A DNA stretch of 64,000 nucleotides from an uncultured Nitrospiraceae bacterium (GCA_963846575.1 CAWJWJ010000002.1:1920001-1984000); one strand, 5' to 3'; shown: positions 1 through 9,739, counted from the stretch's first letter. The notes: a model not told the origin generated them from the sequence alone. Program-made: numbers and translations.

Positions 1-129
1 GGACGCATTCAGTTCATCGACCGTCCCATAGGCTTCGACCCGCAGGCAGTCCTTCCAGACCTGTTGCCCTCCGGCCAGCCTCGTCTGGCCCGCATCCCCT
101 GTTCTCGTGTACACCTTGGTAATCCGCAT
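1..129 (-). CDS. pduO: PduO-type cob(I)alamin adenosyltransferase, N-terminal part (runs off the window edge)
   Basis: Not in the ORF track. Manual translation from ATG at 129 gives [43 protein letters not shown], the PduO ATP-binding signature (YTxTGDxG.T...R.EAYGT.DELN). Confidence 0.9.
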   Translation of the reverse strand, partial: MRITKVYTRTGDAGQTRLAGGQQVWKDCLRVEAYGTVDELNAS

Positions 130-249
130 TCCTATGTCCTTCCGTTCCGGTCAGTCCCCTGTCCCCATGCTTCCTATTGCGCAACCTTCATGACGCGTCC
201 ACGGGCATCGTCGTAATCGTCGGCGGCGGAACATTTTGCCTTCCGCTCC

Positions 250-465
250 TCATACGCCATGACGGTCGCCCTGCGAGATGTGCGGCCCGATTCTGCCCTC
301 CGCCACCTGCTGCAAACAGTCAGGGCAGAGACAATCCTCATACTGTGCGGCGATCCAGTCCATCTGCGTCTCGGTAATGCCGATCTTGCCGCACCAGCAT
401 TGATAGCCGCCACAGGAGAATGACTGGCGACAGTGCTCGCAGGTCTTGGTGACCGGTCCTTTCAA
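250..465 (-). CDS. Small cysteine-rich CWC-family protein
   Basis: KTCEHCRQSFSCGGYQCWC...CLCPDC pattern; likely TTG start at 465 overlapping the cobO stop (TTGA). Confidence 0.75.
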   Translation of the reverse strand: MKGPVTKTCEHCRQSFSCGGYQCWCGKIGITETQMDWIAAQYEDCLCPDCLQQVAEGRIGPHISQGDRHGV

Positions 466-1061
466 AACTCCACCCCGGCCTGGGCTTTGATACCGTTGCG
501 AAACGGGTGCTTCACCTGCTTCATCTCGGTCACCAGATCCGCGGCGTCGATCAACTCCGCCGGAGCACCTCGACCGGTAATCACGACATGCTGCATCGGC
601 GGCCGGGCCTGCAGGCATGGCAAGACATCGGGCACCTCCACATACTTCTGCTGGAGCGCAATGTTGAACTCGTCCAGAATCACCATGCCGTAGGAAGGAT
701 CGCGCATGAACTCGCAGGCCTTTGCCCAGGCCGCCTTTGCGAATCCCGTGTCGCGCTCACGGTCCTGCGTCTCCCAGGTGTAGCCTTCCCCCATCCGGAG
801 AAAGATCAGGCTGTCACCGAACGACTTCAGGACTCTCTCCTCCGCCGTATCGATGGCGCCTTTGATAAACTGGACAACGGCGACCTTCATGCCGTGACCG
901 AGGCAGCGTAGCGCCATCCCGAGCGCCGCGGTTGTTTTTCCCTTACCCGCGCCGGTGTGGACGATCAGCAATCCCTTCTCATCCTGTGCCGCTTCAATCC
1001 GTCGATCCACCGAAGCTTTCAACCGCTGCATTTTTGCCTGATGATCGCCCTGATCCGTCAT
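462..1061 (-). CDS. cobO: CobA/CobO/BtuR-type cob(I)yrinic acid a,c-diamide adenosyltransferase
   Basis: GLLIVHTGAGKGKTTAALG, VVQFIKG, ILDE, VVITGRGAP, ADLVTEM..KHPF..G motifs; start refined to MTDQ at 1061. Confidence 0.95.
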   Translation of the reverse strand: MTDQGDHQAKMQRLKASVDRRIEAAQDEKGLLIVHTGAGKGKTTAALGMALRCLGHGMKVAVVQFIKGAIDTAEERVLKSFGDSLIFLRMGEGYTWETQDRERDTGFAKAAWAKACEFMRDPSYGMVILDEFNIALQQKYVEVPDVLPCLQARPPMQHVVITGRGAPAELIDAADLVTEMKQVKHPFRNGIKAQAGVEF

Positions 1062-1062
1062 G

Positions 1063-2457
1063 TCACACCTTTCCGATGGAAGACCGCTGTGTTCGCGTGC
1101 CAAGCGCGGCCATCAGCAGCTCTGTCACCACCTCAGGCCGGCTCGCAAAATGCAAATGGCTGTAAAGCGCGAGGGTGTTCCCCTTCATCAAGCCATCCTG
1201 ACCGGCGGGCTGACCTTGTGCATTCGACAAGGTACAGGCATAGTGCAGGTCGCCCCTCGGTTCAAGGGCGGAATAATGGAACTCATGCCCGCGCAACGAG
1301 CTACCCGCAGGCCCAAGCAGGCAGGATGTGGTCACTCCCACCGTTCGATAACCCAACGTCATGCCTGCTGTACGCATGACCGTCTCAGCGGGAAAGATCC
1401 CGACCATTTCGTGCCGCCGACCTTCAGCATCATGGATCGCCTCAGTCAGATACATGAGGCCGCCACATTCGGCGTAGATCGCGCCGCCTCGTTCCCCGTA
1501 GCGGCGAACGGCACGGCGCATCGAGGTATTGTCGGCCAAGGCCGCTCCATAGAGTTCCGGGTATCCACCGCCCAGATAGAGCACGTCGACCTCCGGCAAC
1601 CCGGTATCGTGCAGCGGCGAAAACCGCACGATCTCCGCACCCGTGGATTCGAGTAACTCCAAATTCTCCGGATAGTAAAAACAGAACGCCGCGTCGTAGG
1701 CAACACCGACACGGACCGGCGACAGGCGCCTCGGGACAACGGATGGCCGCAGGTCGTCCGTCAATTCACCGGCGGAACGAGCCAACGCTTCCACCCGTGC
1801 AAGATCGACCGTTTCCGCAGCGGACCGGGCCAGCCGGTCATAGAGATCGCCCCGGCCCTCCTCGATGGCAGTCCGCAGGCCGAGGTGCCGATCTGGAATG
1901 GTCACCGTGGCATCCGGCCGCAAATAGCCCACCACCAACAGAGCCGTCTCTGCCTCCACCGCATCACGCAACAGGCGGTAATGCCCGTCGCTCTGCACTC
2001 GATTGAACAACACGGCCTGCACCTGCAAGGCCGGATCGAACGCCGCATAACCCGATGCCATGGCCGCGGCCGAGCGCGCCATGGCGCTGCCGTCGATCAC
2101 CAGCAGCACCGGGGCCTTCAGCTGCTTGGCCAATTCGGCTGTGCTGCCTTGCTCGTGCAGCGGCGAACTGCCATCGAACAGTCCCATCATCCCTTCGATG
2201 ATCGACAGGTCCGCATCGGCAGAGGCGCGCGTAAAGGTCTGGCGGTTGAGCCTCTCTCCCAACATCCAGCCATCGAGGTTTCGGGAGGGGCGCCCGGTCA
2301 CGGCCTGGTGGTGGCCTGGATCGATGAAGTCGGGACCGGCCTTGAATGGTTGCACCGCCAGCCCCCTGGCCTTCAAGGCTGCCATGAGGGCCAGGGAAAC
2401 GGTCGTTTTGCCGGCACCGCTGTGGGTACCGGCTATGACCAGACGAGGACGGTGCAT
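1063..2457 (-). CDS. cbiA: Cobyrinate a,c-diamide synthase
   Basis: IAGTHSGAGKTT, FKAGPDFIDP, IEGMMGLFDG, AFCFYY, GGGYPE, AECGGLMYL, GHEFHYS motifs. Confidence 0.95.
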   Translation of the reverse strand: MHRPRLVIAGTHSGAGKTTVSLALMAALKARGLAVQPFKAGPDFIDPGHHQAVTGRPSRNLDGWMLGERLNRQTFTRASADADLSIIEGMMGLFDGSSPLHEQGSTAELAKQLKAPVLLVIDGSAMARSAAAMASGYAAFDPALQVQAVLFNRVQSDGHYRLLRDAVEAETALLVVGYLRPDATVTIPDRHLGLRTAIEEGRGDLYDRLARSAAETVDLARVEALARSAGELTDDLRPSVVPRRLSPVRVGVAYDAAFCFYYPENLELLESTGAEIVRFSPLHDTGLPEVDVLYLGGGYPELYGAALADNTSMRRAVRRYGERGGAIYAECGGLMYLTEAIHDAEGRRHEMVGIFPAETVMRTAGMTLGYRTVGVTTSCLLGPAGSSLRGHEFHYSALEPRGDLHYACTLSNAQGQPAGQDGLMKGNTLALYSHLHFASRPEVVTELLMAALGTRTQRSSIGKV

Positions 2458-2481
2458 CAGGTGGTCGCTCGCATCATGAGT

Positions 2482-4500
2482 TCAGGACTTCCCGCCGAAT
2501 GCGACACGCACGCCGCCAAAAATGGACCGGATCGGCGTGCCGGCGCTGGCGATCTCTTCGTACTTTTCATTGAACAGATTCTCGGCCCGCAGATAGGCCT
2601 GCATCCGTTTCGTCACGTCGTAGGTGACCGCTAAGGACCAGACATCGAACGCCCTCAGATTCTGCTGCTCGCCGGTGGTATTGAAGCGCGAGCCGACGTA
2701 GCGGCCGATCACCGTGATCCACAAGGGCTCAATCGGCTGATAACTGACAGAGGCGCTCCACTGGTCGGTCGGCCAGCGAGGCAGGCGCGCGTGAGTCTCC
2801 AAATCGCGTGTCAGCGTATTGGTGTACTGTGCCTGCAGGATCACGCCCCTCAAGAACGGTCTGTCACCGGCATAGGTGTAGGACAATCCGGCCTCCCAAC
2901 CCTTGGTAGCAGCCTCGCCCAGCTGCTGCGGACAGAACCCGAACGTACTAAACGGCGCGCAAAACGACGGATCGAACGTGGTGACGATCAGGTTCCGGTA
3001 GTGGTTCCAAAAAAATCCGCCGCTCAGCTTCAACTGTTTCGAGAGGAAATACTGATCGATCCCCACATCCATGCTTTGATTCTTTTCAGGCCCCAGACTG
3101 GGGTTGCCGAAATTGGGGAAGAACAATTCATTCATACTGGGCGCGCGAAATCCCGTGGAGTAGCCCGCACGCAGTTTCGTGTCGGTCTCCTTATGGTAGT
3201 ACCCGCCGGTGAGACGGTAGGTCGTGGCATCGCCGAACACGTTATAGCTGTCGTGCCTGATGCCTGCCGTCGCAAACACACGGTCCCACAGGTTGAACTG
3301 CGCCTGCGCGAATCCGGCGTGTGAGCTCAGGACACGATTGGTGAGCCCCGTATCATTCTCGCCCTGTTGTTCGCGGAATTGATACCCCGCACTCAGCAGC
3401 AGGAGCTTCGTAATCTGAAAGTTGTGCTGCCACTCGAGGCGATTGGATACGACCCTGGTTTCATTCGGGCTTCCGAATGGCGTGCTGAAGAAGCCCGTGA
3501 CGAGGTTGCGCTGCAACGTTCCGGGCAGGAACAGCGTGGCTTCCTGCGACCGCGCGAGCGTGAGCTTCTGCGACCACCAACTCGTGATCGGCTGGTCATA
3601 ACTGCCGCTGAACACATATTGCTGGGTCCGCATCTTCGAACCATAGACGTCGGAGGGTGAGGTGGCCGACACATTGTCGAGGTTCACGTCGGAATTCATC
3701 CAGCGCATCGTGAAGTCGAGACGTCCGTCACGAGGGAGATCCGCTCCGATTCTCCCTGAACCCTGCCAGTTGTGGTAGGCGTCGCGCTCGATCGCGCCGC
3801 GCCGGTAATTGACCGCGGAAAAGCTGGACGTGTCCCAGCGGGACAGGGACAGACTATAGTCGATTACCCCCTGCTTCCCCGACACCGTGCCGCCTTCACG
3901 CAAGGAGGCGAAGGACCCGTATTCCAAAAAGCCGGTTGCGGAGAGCGGCCCCTGACCCCTCTTGGTGACGATGTTGATGACGCCGCCCATCGCGTCCGAT
4001 CCCCACAACATGCTTTGGGCACCGCGGAGAATCTCGACCCGTTCGAGGTTATCGGTCGTCAGGTTGGCAAAGTTGTAACTGCCCAGGGTGCCGCTGTTCA
4101 CGATGGCCCCGTCGATCAAAACCAATGTCTGGCTCGAGCTGCCTCCGCGAATTCTTGCCGTGACCTCGGTCCCCGGTCCGCCGCTCGAGAACACCGCGAG
4201 CCCTTGAGCCAGACGAAGGGCATCGGCCACAGTCTTGATGTTTTGTTTTTTCATGTCCTGCTCGGTGATGACTTCCACGGCACTGGTCACCTGGCTCACC
4301 GGCAAGGGCGTCTTGGTCGCCGACACCACGACTTCTTCCGTCTGCACCACCGGCTCGGGCCCGCCTGCGGGCTCGGGCTCGGCCGCCGAGGCCGGCGCGA
4401 CCGGCTCCTGGGCGAATCCCGGAACCGCCCCGACAACCGGTGTAGAAACAATGAGCAGTATCCCGCCTAAGACGGACCATTCCCTGACAAGACGCAACAT
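2482..4500 (-). CDS. btuB: TonB-dependent (cobalamin) outer-membrane receptor
   Basis: Signal peptide, TonB box (EEVVVSATK), plug (IRGG..QTLVLIDG, ERVEILRG), C-terminal ENLFNEKY; preceded by a B12 riboswitch. Confidence 0.9.
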   Translation of the reverse strand: MLRLVREWSVLGGILLIVSTPVVGAVPGFAQEPVAPASAAEPEPAGGPEPVVQTEEVVVSATKTPLPVSQVTSAVEVITEQDMKKQNIKTVADALRLAQGLAVFSSGGPGTEVTARIRGGSSSQTLVLIDGAIVNSGTLGSYNFANLTTDNLERVEILRGAQSMLWGSDAMGGVINIVTKRGQGPLSATGFLEYGSFASLREGGTVSGKQGVIDYSLSLSRWDTSSFSAVNYRRGAIERDAYHNWQGSGRIGADLPRDGRLDFTMRWMNSDVNLDNVSATSPSDVYGSKMRTQQYVFSGSYDQPITSWWSQKLTLARSQEATLFLPGTLQRNLVTGFFSTPFGSPNETRVVSNRLEWQHNFQITKLLLLSAGYQFREQQGENDTGLTNRVLSSHAGFAQAQFNLWDRVFATAGIRHDSYNVFGDATTYRLTGGYYHKETDTKLRAGYSTGFRAPSMNELFFPNFGNPSLGPEKNQSMDVGIDQYFLSKQLKLSGGFFWNHYRNLIVTTFDPSFCAPFSTFGFCPQQLGEAATKGWEAGLSYTYAGDRPFLRGVILQAQYTNTLTRDLETHARLPRWPTDQWSASVSYQPIEPLWITVIGRYVGSRFNTTGEQQNLRAFDVWSLAVTYDVTKRMQAYLRAENLFNEKYEEIASAGTPIRSIFGGVRVAFGGKS

Positions 4501-4540
4501 GCTGACCTTCCCTTTCGCTCGAAGGGATCAGTTGAAACAA

Positions 4541-4692
4541 CCGTCAGTTGGGTCTCCTGACTTGCGGCTCATGGCTTCCCTGCGCCTTCCCATGTACCCG
4601 GCACACAGTGGCATCAGACAGGGTCACTCCCCGCTTACAGTGGCGGCACCGTGATGGTCTTGCACCATCTTCCCCGACGCTGACGGCGTCTT
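4541..4692 (-). promoter_or_regulatory. Cobalamin riboswitch (internal, upstream of btuB)
   Basis: Minus strand reads GGGGAAGATGGTGCAAGACCATCACGGTGCCGCCACTGTAA...GCCACTG...GGGAAGG...AGTCAGGAGACC (B12 box). It is followed by a hairpin (4501-4530, CTGATCCCTTCG...GAAAGGGAAGGTCAG) that covers the btuB RBS. Confidence 0.92.
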
Positions 4693-4803
4693 CCTGACAC
4701 TCCGCTCTCCAATGATCACACGCCCCTCGCTTCACACGGGTGGGCCGGGCGCGAACCCCTCCCGTAACAGTGTCTTCGCTCTCAGCGGTCGATCGGCACC
4801 GGC

Positions 4804-5682
4804 TTACTGCCTGGGCAGCGTAATCCGCGGAAGCCCTGATTCGGGATGGCCATCGACCAGGACCTCGCAACCATAGACCTCACGCAAACACCCCGCCGAC
4901 ATCACCTCCGAAGGGCTTCCCACCGAACGGACCCTGCCTTCCTTCAACATCACGATTCGATCGCAATATTGACTGGCCAGATTCAAATCGTGCGAGACGA
5001 GCACCACCGTTAATCCGCGCTCATCCTTAAGTCGACGCAGCACCGAACAGATCTCGAGTTGATGCTGAAGATCAAGAAACGCCGTCGGCTCGTCGAGCAG
5101 GAGGACCCGGGGAGCCTGGGCCAGGGCACGGGCAATCATGGTCCGCTGACGTTCGCCTCCCGAAAGATCCGTCACCGCGCGCGGAGCCAGATGAGCGATG
5201 TCCATGGTTGCCATGGCCTGAGCCGCCGCCGCGCAATCCGCCCCATCTTCCCAGCCAAATCCCAGATTCCACCGGGTTCTCCGCCGGTGTGGAAAGCGCC
5301 CCATCAGGACCGTCTCCGCGACCGTGAAGGGAAACATCTGCGTACTCTCCTGAGGCACAAACGCTACCATTCGAGCCGTGTCCTCCTGTGAGAGGCGGGC
5401 GAGATTGTCGCCAAACAACGTAATGTGTCCGTGCTGCGAAACAGCCAGTTTAGCCAGGAGTTTCAGCAGCGATGTCTTCCCCGATCCGTTCGGGCCGACG
5501 ATGCCGACAATTTCACCCGGCGCGACATGCAGCGTCACGTCGCTGAGGACCCAACGGGCAGCATCGGCGCGAGGTCGTCCGTAGCAGAATCGCACCCCCT
5601 GCACATCGTACGCGCGGGCAGCGCTCACGCCGGAGGTCGCCGCCGTATCCAGCACGAAGCCCTGCCTGCTGGACTTGCTCAT
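4804..5682 (-). CDS. btuD: Cobalamin/iron-chelate ABC transporter ATP-binding protein
   Basis: GPNGSGKT, LSGGERQR, LLLDEPT, SHDLNLA motifs; ATGA overlap with the upstream permease puts the start at 5682. Confidence 0.88.
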   Translation of the reverse strand: MSKSSRQGFVLDTAATSGVSAARAYDVQGVRFCYGRPRADAARWVLSDVTLHVAPGEIVGIVGPNGSGKTSLLKLLAKLAVSQHGHITLFGDNLARLSQEDTARMVAFVPQESTQMFPFTVAETVLMGRFPHRRRTRWNLGFGWEDGADCAAAAQAMATMDIAHLAPRAVTDLSGGERQRTMIARALAQAPRVLLLDEPTAFLDLQHQLEICSVLRRLKDERGLTVVLVSHDLNLASQYCDRIVMLKEGRVRSVGSPSEVMSAGCLREVYGCEVLVDGHPESGLPRITLPRQ

Positions 5683-6833
5683 GCCAGGCGGTCCTTTCGC
5701 CACACGAGAAGATAGACGAAGAATGGACCCCCGGCTAAGGCCGTGATCACTCCGACCGGGACTTCCGATGGCACAAATGCAGTACGCGCAATCGTGTCTG
5801 CCATCATCAAGAACATGCCTCCGACCAGGGCCGAGGCCGGCAGCAGCAACCGATGGTCTGCACCCACCACGAGGCGGACGGCATGGGGAATGATCATGCC
5901 GATGAAACCGATCATGCCGCTGAACGAGACGACGGCGCCGGTGACCAGCGCCGACAGCAGAAAGATGAATCGCTTCGTCCTCTCGGTATCGATCCCCAAC
6001 GACCTGGCCGCCTCTTCGCCCAAGGCCAGGATATTGAGTGCCCGGACCTGCTTGAAGAGCAGGGCGAGCCCGACAAGCAAGTAGGCCGAGAGCGCGGCCA
6101 GGACGGGATAGGCCGGTGCCGTGAGAGAACCCATGAGCCAGGCCATCATGCCAAACGACCGGTTCGGCTCCATGATGGAGGTGATGAACATGATCAAGGC
6201 GGAAAAGATCGCATTCAAAATGACGCCCGCCAACAGGACCGAGTGGATCGGCAGTCGATCATAGGTCGCGGCCATCCGGTAAATTACCACGAGGGCGAGC
6301 AGGCCCCCCACAAAACCACAGACGGGCAACACCGAGAGGGCCAGGGTCGTCGTGCCGATCCCAAACAAGACCGCCAGAGCCACGCCCAACGCCGCCCCGC
6401 TTGAGACGCCGAGCACGTAGGGATCGGCCAGCGGATTTCTGAGCAGGGCTTGGAGGGCCACGCCGACCGACGCGAGACAGCTCCCGACCAGGAAGCCCAG
6501 CAGCACCCGTGGCAGCCTGACCTGCAAGAGAATGACGCCGGTCGTGACCGCTCTGTCGCTTTCACCCGCTGGACCGACAACGGCGGAGGCAAAGACTCGC
6601 AGGAGCTGGCCCGGCCCCACATACTGGGTCCCGAGTTGTAAACAGACGAAGACGAGCAGGAGGGCGGCGACCGAGAGGCCGCTCATGATTGCCCACCAGC
6701 GTGAGGCGGTCAGCGTGGTGCCTTGAAACGGGTGATCAATGGGAAGGCTCTGAGTGCCCTGTGATGGCAGCGACGGCGAGGACACGGCAGGTGCCTGGGC
6801 GGAGGACGGAGCATGGCCGGTCGAGGGAATCAT
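5679..6833 (-). CDS. btuC: FecCD/BtuC-family ABC permease
   Basis: VRLPR, LLRNPLADP..LGVSSGA, GEEAARSLG, IGFIG..PH, GGPFF motifs. Confidence 0.9.
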   Translation of the reverse strand: MIPSTGHAPSSAQAPAVSSPSLPSQGTQSLPIDHPFQGTTLTASRWWAIMSGLSVAALLLVFVCLQLGTQYVGPGQLLRVFASAVVGPAGESDRAVTTGVILLQVRLPRVLLGFLVGSCLASVGVALQALLRNPLADPYVLGVSSGAALGVALAVLFGIGTTTLALSVLPVCGFVGGLLALVVIYRMAATYDRLPIHSVLLAGVILNAIFSALIMFITSIMEPNRSFGMMAWLMGSLTAPAYPVLAALSAYLLVGLALLFKQVRALNILALGEEAARSLGIDTERTKRFIFLLSALVTGAVVSFSGMIGFIGMIIPHAVRLVVGADHRLLLPASALVGGMFLMMADTIARTAFVPSEVPVGVITALAGGPFFVYLLVWRKDRLA

Positions 6834-7930
6834 GGTCGTGCAGACGCCGCAGCGGGGGGGAAGGCCTCGGGATGGATCACCCTGGCGAGTTGTTCCAACC
6901 CCTCCATCACACGCGGACCGGGACGATTGAGGGCGTCGGCGGACACCTCACGCAGGCGCTGCTGCCGCACGGCGGTCAGCGTCGTCCAACGCAACCACTC
7001 ATCCTGTTCGCGTCGAGGCACAGTTTCCACAGACCCCACCGGGAAGATCAGGACCTCGGGATCTTCCGTCAAGACGGTTTCCATGGCGAGGCGCGGGTAC
7101 GCCGTCGAAGCGCCGGACGCCACATTGATTCCACCGGCCAGGCCGATCATCTGGTGGATGTAACTGCCGGGACCGACGGTGATCAGCGGATGGCTGTTGA
7201 TCACATAGAGGACCCGGGTGCGCGGCAGATGTTCGGTGCGGCTGGTGAGGTCAGCCATCCGCTTCCGCATGGCCGACGTCACCGTATGGGCAATCGGGGA
7301 GCGATCGAAGATCCGTCCCAACTGATGAATGTGGGAAAAAATGTTTTCCAGCGAGGTGGCCTCGAGCAGAAACACAGGCACCTTCAGCTCATCCAGTTTG
7401 GCGAGCACATTGGCGCGGTGGAACTCACGCGGCGCCACGATCATATCCGGGCGCAGCGCAATCAGAGATTCCAGATTGGGGTTGGCATAACCGATCTTTG
7501 GCTTGCCCGCAGCCGCCGCAGGGAAATCACAGAACTCCGTCACCCCGACGATCTGCTCATCCAGTCCCAGCGCGAAAAGCATTTCCGTAATGCTCGGCGC
7601 TAGCGACACCACTCGCAGGGGAACCTTGGCTACATAGAGTTTTCGCCCGGCGTCGTCGACGAACGTGCGCGGCGCGATGTTCGCCATGAACGGCATGCCG
7701 GTCAGGATGCCCTGTTGCCGACGTTTCATCGCAGTTGGATCCTCGGAAGACTCTCCGAGCGCACTGGCAACACAAACCAGGAGAACATAGCAGACGATTC
7801 CAGTGAATCCGGCTATGGACCGGGGACGGCAGGCGGTTCGATGGGCGCGCAAATAAAAAAATCCCCAGGGCCTGTTTGGTACCCTGAGGATTGCACCCGG
7901 ATGGTCATCCTCGCCTATTCCCCAGCCCAC
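6830..7930 (-). CDS. btuF: Cobalamin-binding periplasmic protein (start uncertain)
   Basis: RVVSLAPSITEMLFALG, VGVTEFCDFP, NLESLIALRPD, LNRPGPR motifs; directly downstream of a B12 riboswitch. Confidence 0.88.
   Translation of the reverse strand: MGWGIGEDDHPGAILRVPNRPWGFFYLRAHRTACRPRSIAGFTGIVCYVLLVCVASALGESSEDPTAMKRRQQGILTGMPFMANIAPRTFVDDAGRKLYVAKVPLRVVSLAPSITEMLFALGLDEQIVGVTEFCDFPAAAAGKPKIGYANPNLESLIALRPDMIVAPREFHRANVLAKLDELKVPVFLLEATSLENIFSHIHQLGRIFDRSPIAHTVTSAMRKRMADLTSRTEHLPRTRVLYVINSHPLITVGPGSYIHQMIGLAGGINVASGASTAYPRLAMETVLTEDPEVLIFPVGSVETVPRREQDEWLRWTTLTAVRQQRLREVSADALNRPGPRVMEGLEQLARVIHPEAFPPAAASARP
7855..7892 (-). terminator. Intrinsic terminator/attenuator of the leader riboswitch
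   Basis: Minus strand AATCCTCAGGG-TACCAAACAGG-CCCTGGGGATT stem running into a T7-A-T3 tract, about 60 nt after the aptamer. Confidence 0.75.
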
Positions 7931-7949
7931 GAGGGAATAAAGGGTCTCT

Positions 7950-8100
7950 CCCTGGGCAGGTCTTCTGGCTTATGGTTCGTCCTACTCCCCGCGCCTTCCC
8001 GTTCACCGAAGTGGACAGTGGCGCCTGCGGGTTTCGTCCCCATTTACAGCGGCGGGACCGCGAGGGTTTCGCACCCTCTTCCCTTGACCCAAGGCGTTAT
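7950..8100 (-). promoter_or_regulatory. Cobalamin riboswitch (operon leader)
   Basis: Minus strand reads AAGGGAAGAGGGTGCGAAACCCTCGCGGTCCCGCCGCTGTAA...GCCACTG...GGGAAGG...AGCCAGAAGACCTGCC. Confidence 0.93.
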
Positions 8101-8110
8101 GAACGCTGGA

Positions 8111-8140
8111 ACTTTAGGAGAGCATGGCCGGGCTTGTCAA
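8111..8140 (-). promoter_or_regulatory. Sigma70-type promoter of the btu operon
   Basis: TTGACA-N18-TAAAGT immediately upstream of the riboswitch. Confidence 0.65.
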
Positions 8141-8203
8141 GTTGAAACTTGTCCGGGTGGAGGCGATTGTGCCAGAGAATTGCTTCCCATCGGACTGATC
8201 GAT

Positions 8204-8482
8204 TCAGGACCCGGACCGAGAGCCGATCGAACGATAACGCAGCTTCAAGATGAGGATAGCCAGCGTCAGCACGAGGGTAATCAGATTAGCCAGAATGATC
8301 GGCAATGCGCCGAGCATGAGTCCGTACACTAACCAGAGAAAGACTCCAATCGTGAACGTCAGCAACATACCCAGCGACACGTCCTGCGCGGAACGGGTGC
8401 GCAAGGTCTGCTGAAGCTGAGGAATGAAGGCGATGGTGGTGAGTGTCCCTGCGAACAGTCCGATCAGCATCACGTAATCCAT
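8204..8482 (-). CDS. SemiSWEET (PQ-loop/MtN3) transporter
   Basis: 92 aa with 3 TM helices; [29 protein letters not shown] motifs. Confidence 0.88.
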   Translation of the reverse strand: MDYVMLIGLFAGTLTTIAFIPQLQQTLRTRSAQDVSLGMLLTFTIGVFLWLVYGLMLGALPIILANLITLVLTLAILILKLRYRSIGSRSGS

Positions 8483-8641
8483 GGGGGAGACCTCGATGGG
8501 TGTACAGGAGAATGGGCGAGCAGAGATTCAGGTAGTGAGAATTCGCCGCCCCGGCTTGTCATGCCCTGTGGCCCTATGGTAGCATCCCTTCCCATCCAAG
8601 GACTAGTTCGTCGAACGACGCCGCAACAAAGGAGTAGGGCC

Positions 8642-8833
8642 GTGGCATTTGCCTGTGATCTCTGTGGGAAGAAGCATCAGACTGGAAACAATGTCAGCCA
8701 CGCAAACAACAAGACCAAGCGCGTCTTCAATCCCAACCTGCAACGCGTGAAGGCACTCGTCAATGGTTCGGCGTTGCGCATTCGTGTGTGCACTCGTTGT
8801 CTGCGGTCCGGGCTGGTCAAAAAAGCCGTCTGA
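8642..8833 (+). CDS. rpmB: 50S ribosomal protein L28
   Basis: GTG start after an [33 protein letters not shown]...VCTRCLR (Zn-ribbon form). Confidence 0.97.
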   Translation: MAFACDLCGKKHQTGNNVSHANNKTKRVFNPNLQRVKALVNGSALRIRVCTRCLRSGLVKKAV

Positions 8834-9105
8834 TCGTTCGTCCTTTTCTCCCCTGCAACAACACGCCGTCGTCGCGCTTCCCCTGTGAGGTGCGTCCTCT
8901 TGAGTGCGACTACTTTCCGCTGTCTCCGCTGTTTCGGACCCTTCGGAAACCCTCTCTTTCCTGAATCCCCTACGCGTGCCTCGCTCTGTACCGGTTCGCC
9001 ACGCATGCGTCATCTACGTAGAAGAAATAGCCTCATCGACCGTGTACAATCCCCTAGGCAGAGGCTCAGCCAACTAAAACCCCGCACCGTCAGATCGGAG
9101 GGAGC

Positions 9106-9483
9106 ATGAGCACACTCACTTGGTCAACCGGCGTCTTCGCTATCTCTCTCGTTACCGCGGCCTGCAGTTATTTCCAAACCAAAGAAGGGGTCTACCTGGA
9201 CTCGGTGAAGGGGCGGGCCACCCAAGCCGAAGTGCGGCAGCACTTGGGTGATCCCAAAACCATCCAGCAGGATAAGGCAGGACACACGGTTTGGGTCTAT
9301 GAGTTGCCTGAGCAACAGGCCGGTAACCGCTTTACCGCTCCAGGGGTCTGGTGCGAACAATATCTTCTCACCTTCGATGAACAGGCCGTGTTCACGCGTT
9401 GGACCCAGCTGTCGCATTTCCACGGCGGCGAACTCATGCCGGACGAATGTATTCCGCCGGACGAGGAGGCAACAGGCTCCTGA
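9106..9483 (+). CDS. Small lipoprotein (SmpA/OmlA-like fold suspected)
   Basis: GGAGGGAG RBS; lipobox-like VTAAC; ATQAEVRQHLGDP...WVY...LTFDEQ pattern. Confidence 0.7.
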   Translation: MSTLTWSTGVFAISLVTAACSYFQTKEGVYLDSVKGRATQAEVRQHLGDPKTIQQDKAGHTVWVYELPEQQAGNRFTAPGVWCEQYLLTFDEQAVFTRWTQLSHFHGGELMPDECIPPDEEATGS

Positions 9484-9739
9484 ACACACGTCTGCATCAG
9501 GCGTCTCTGCGCCATCTGTTATCAAGCGATATATGACGGATGGGAGGAAGGTCGGAATCGCGTCGGCCGGAGGAATATTGACGGGTTGTTGGGACGGTGA
9601 TTAGGCAGGCAATTACGAGGGTGATTAGGAGAACCGCGGGATGATGGAGTAATTGCGGGGGGGGGGACAGCGGAGCGTTGCACTCCGCCGCATCCCCGTT
9701 TGCCTCGACAGGCATGCGGCGGCGGAAACAGCAGTCCGA

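Noticed and set aside
174..260. Short ORF MAYEERKAKCS... between the CWC gene and pduO
   Set aside because: Only 28 aa, with no recognisable motif or clear RBS.
8204..8482. SemiSWEET as part of the B12 operon
   Set aside because: A separate promoter and riboswitch lie between it and btuF; no evidence of a functional link.
8915..8950. TCCGCTGT tandem and small hairpins after rpmB
   Set aside because: Only two short copies; not an array and not a convincing terminator.
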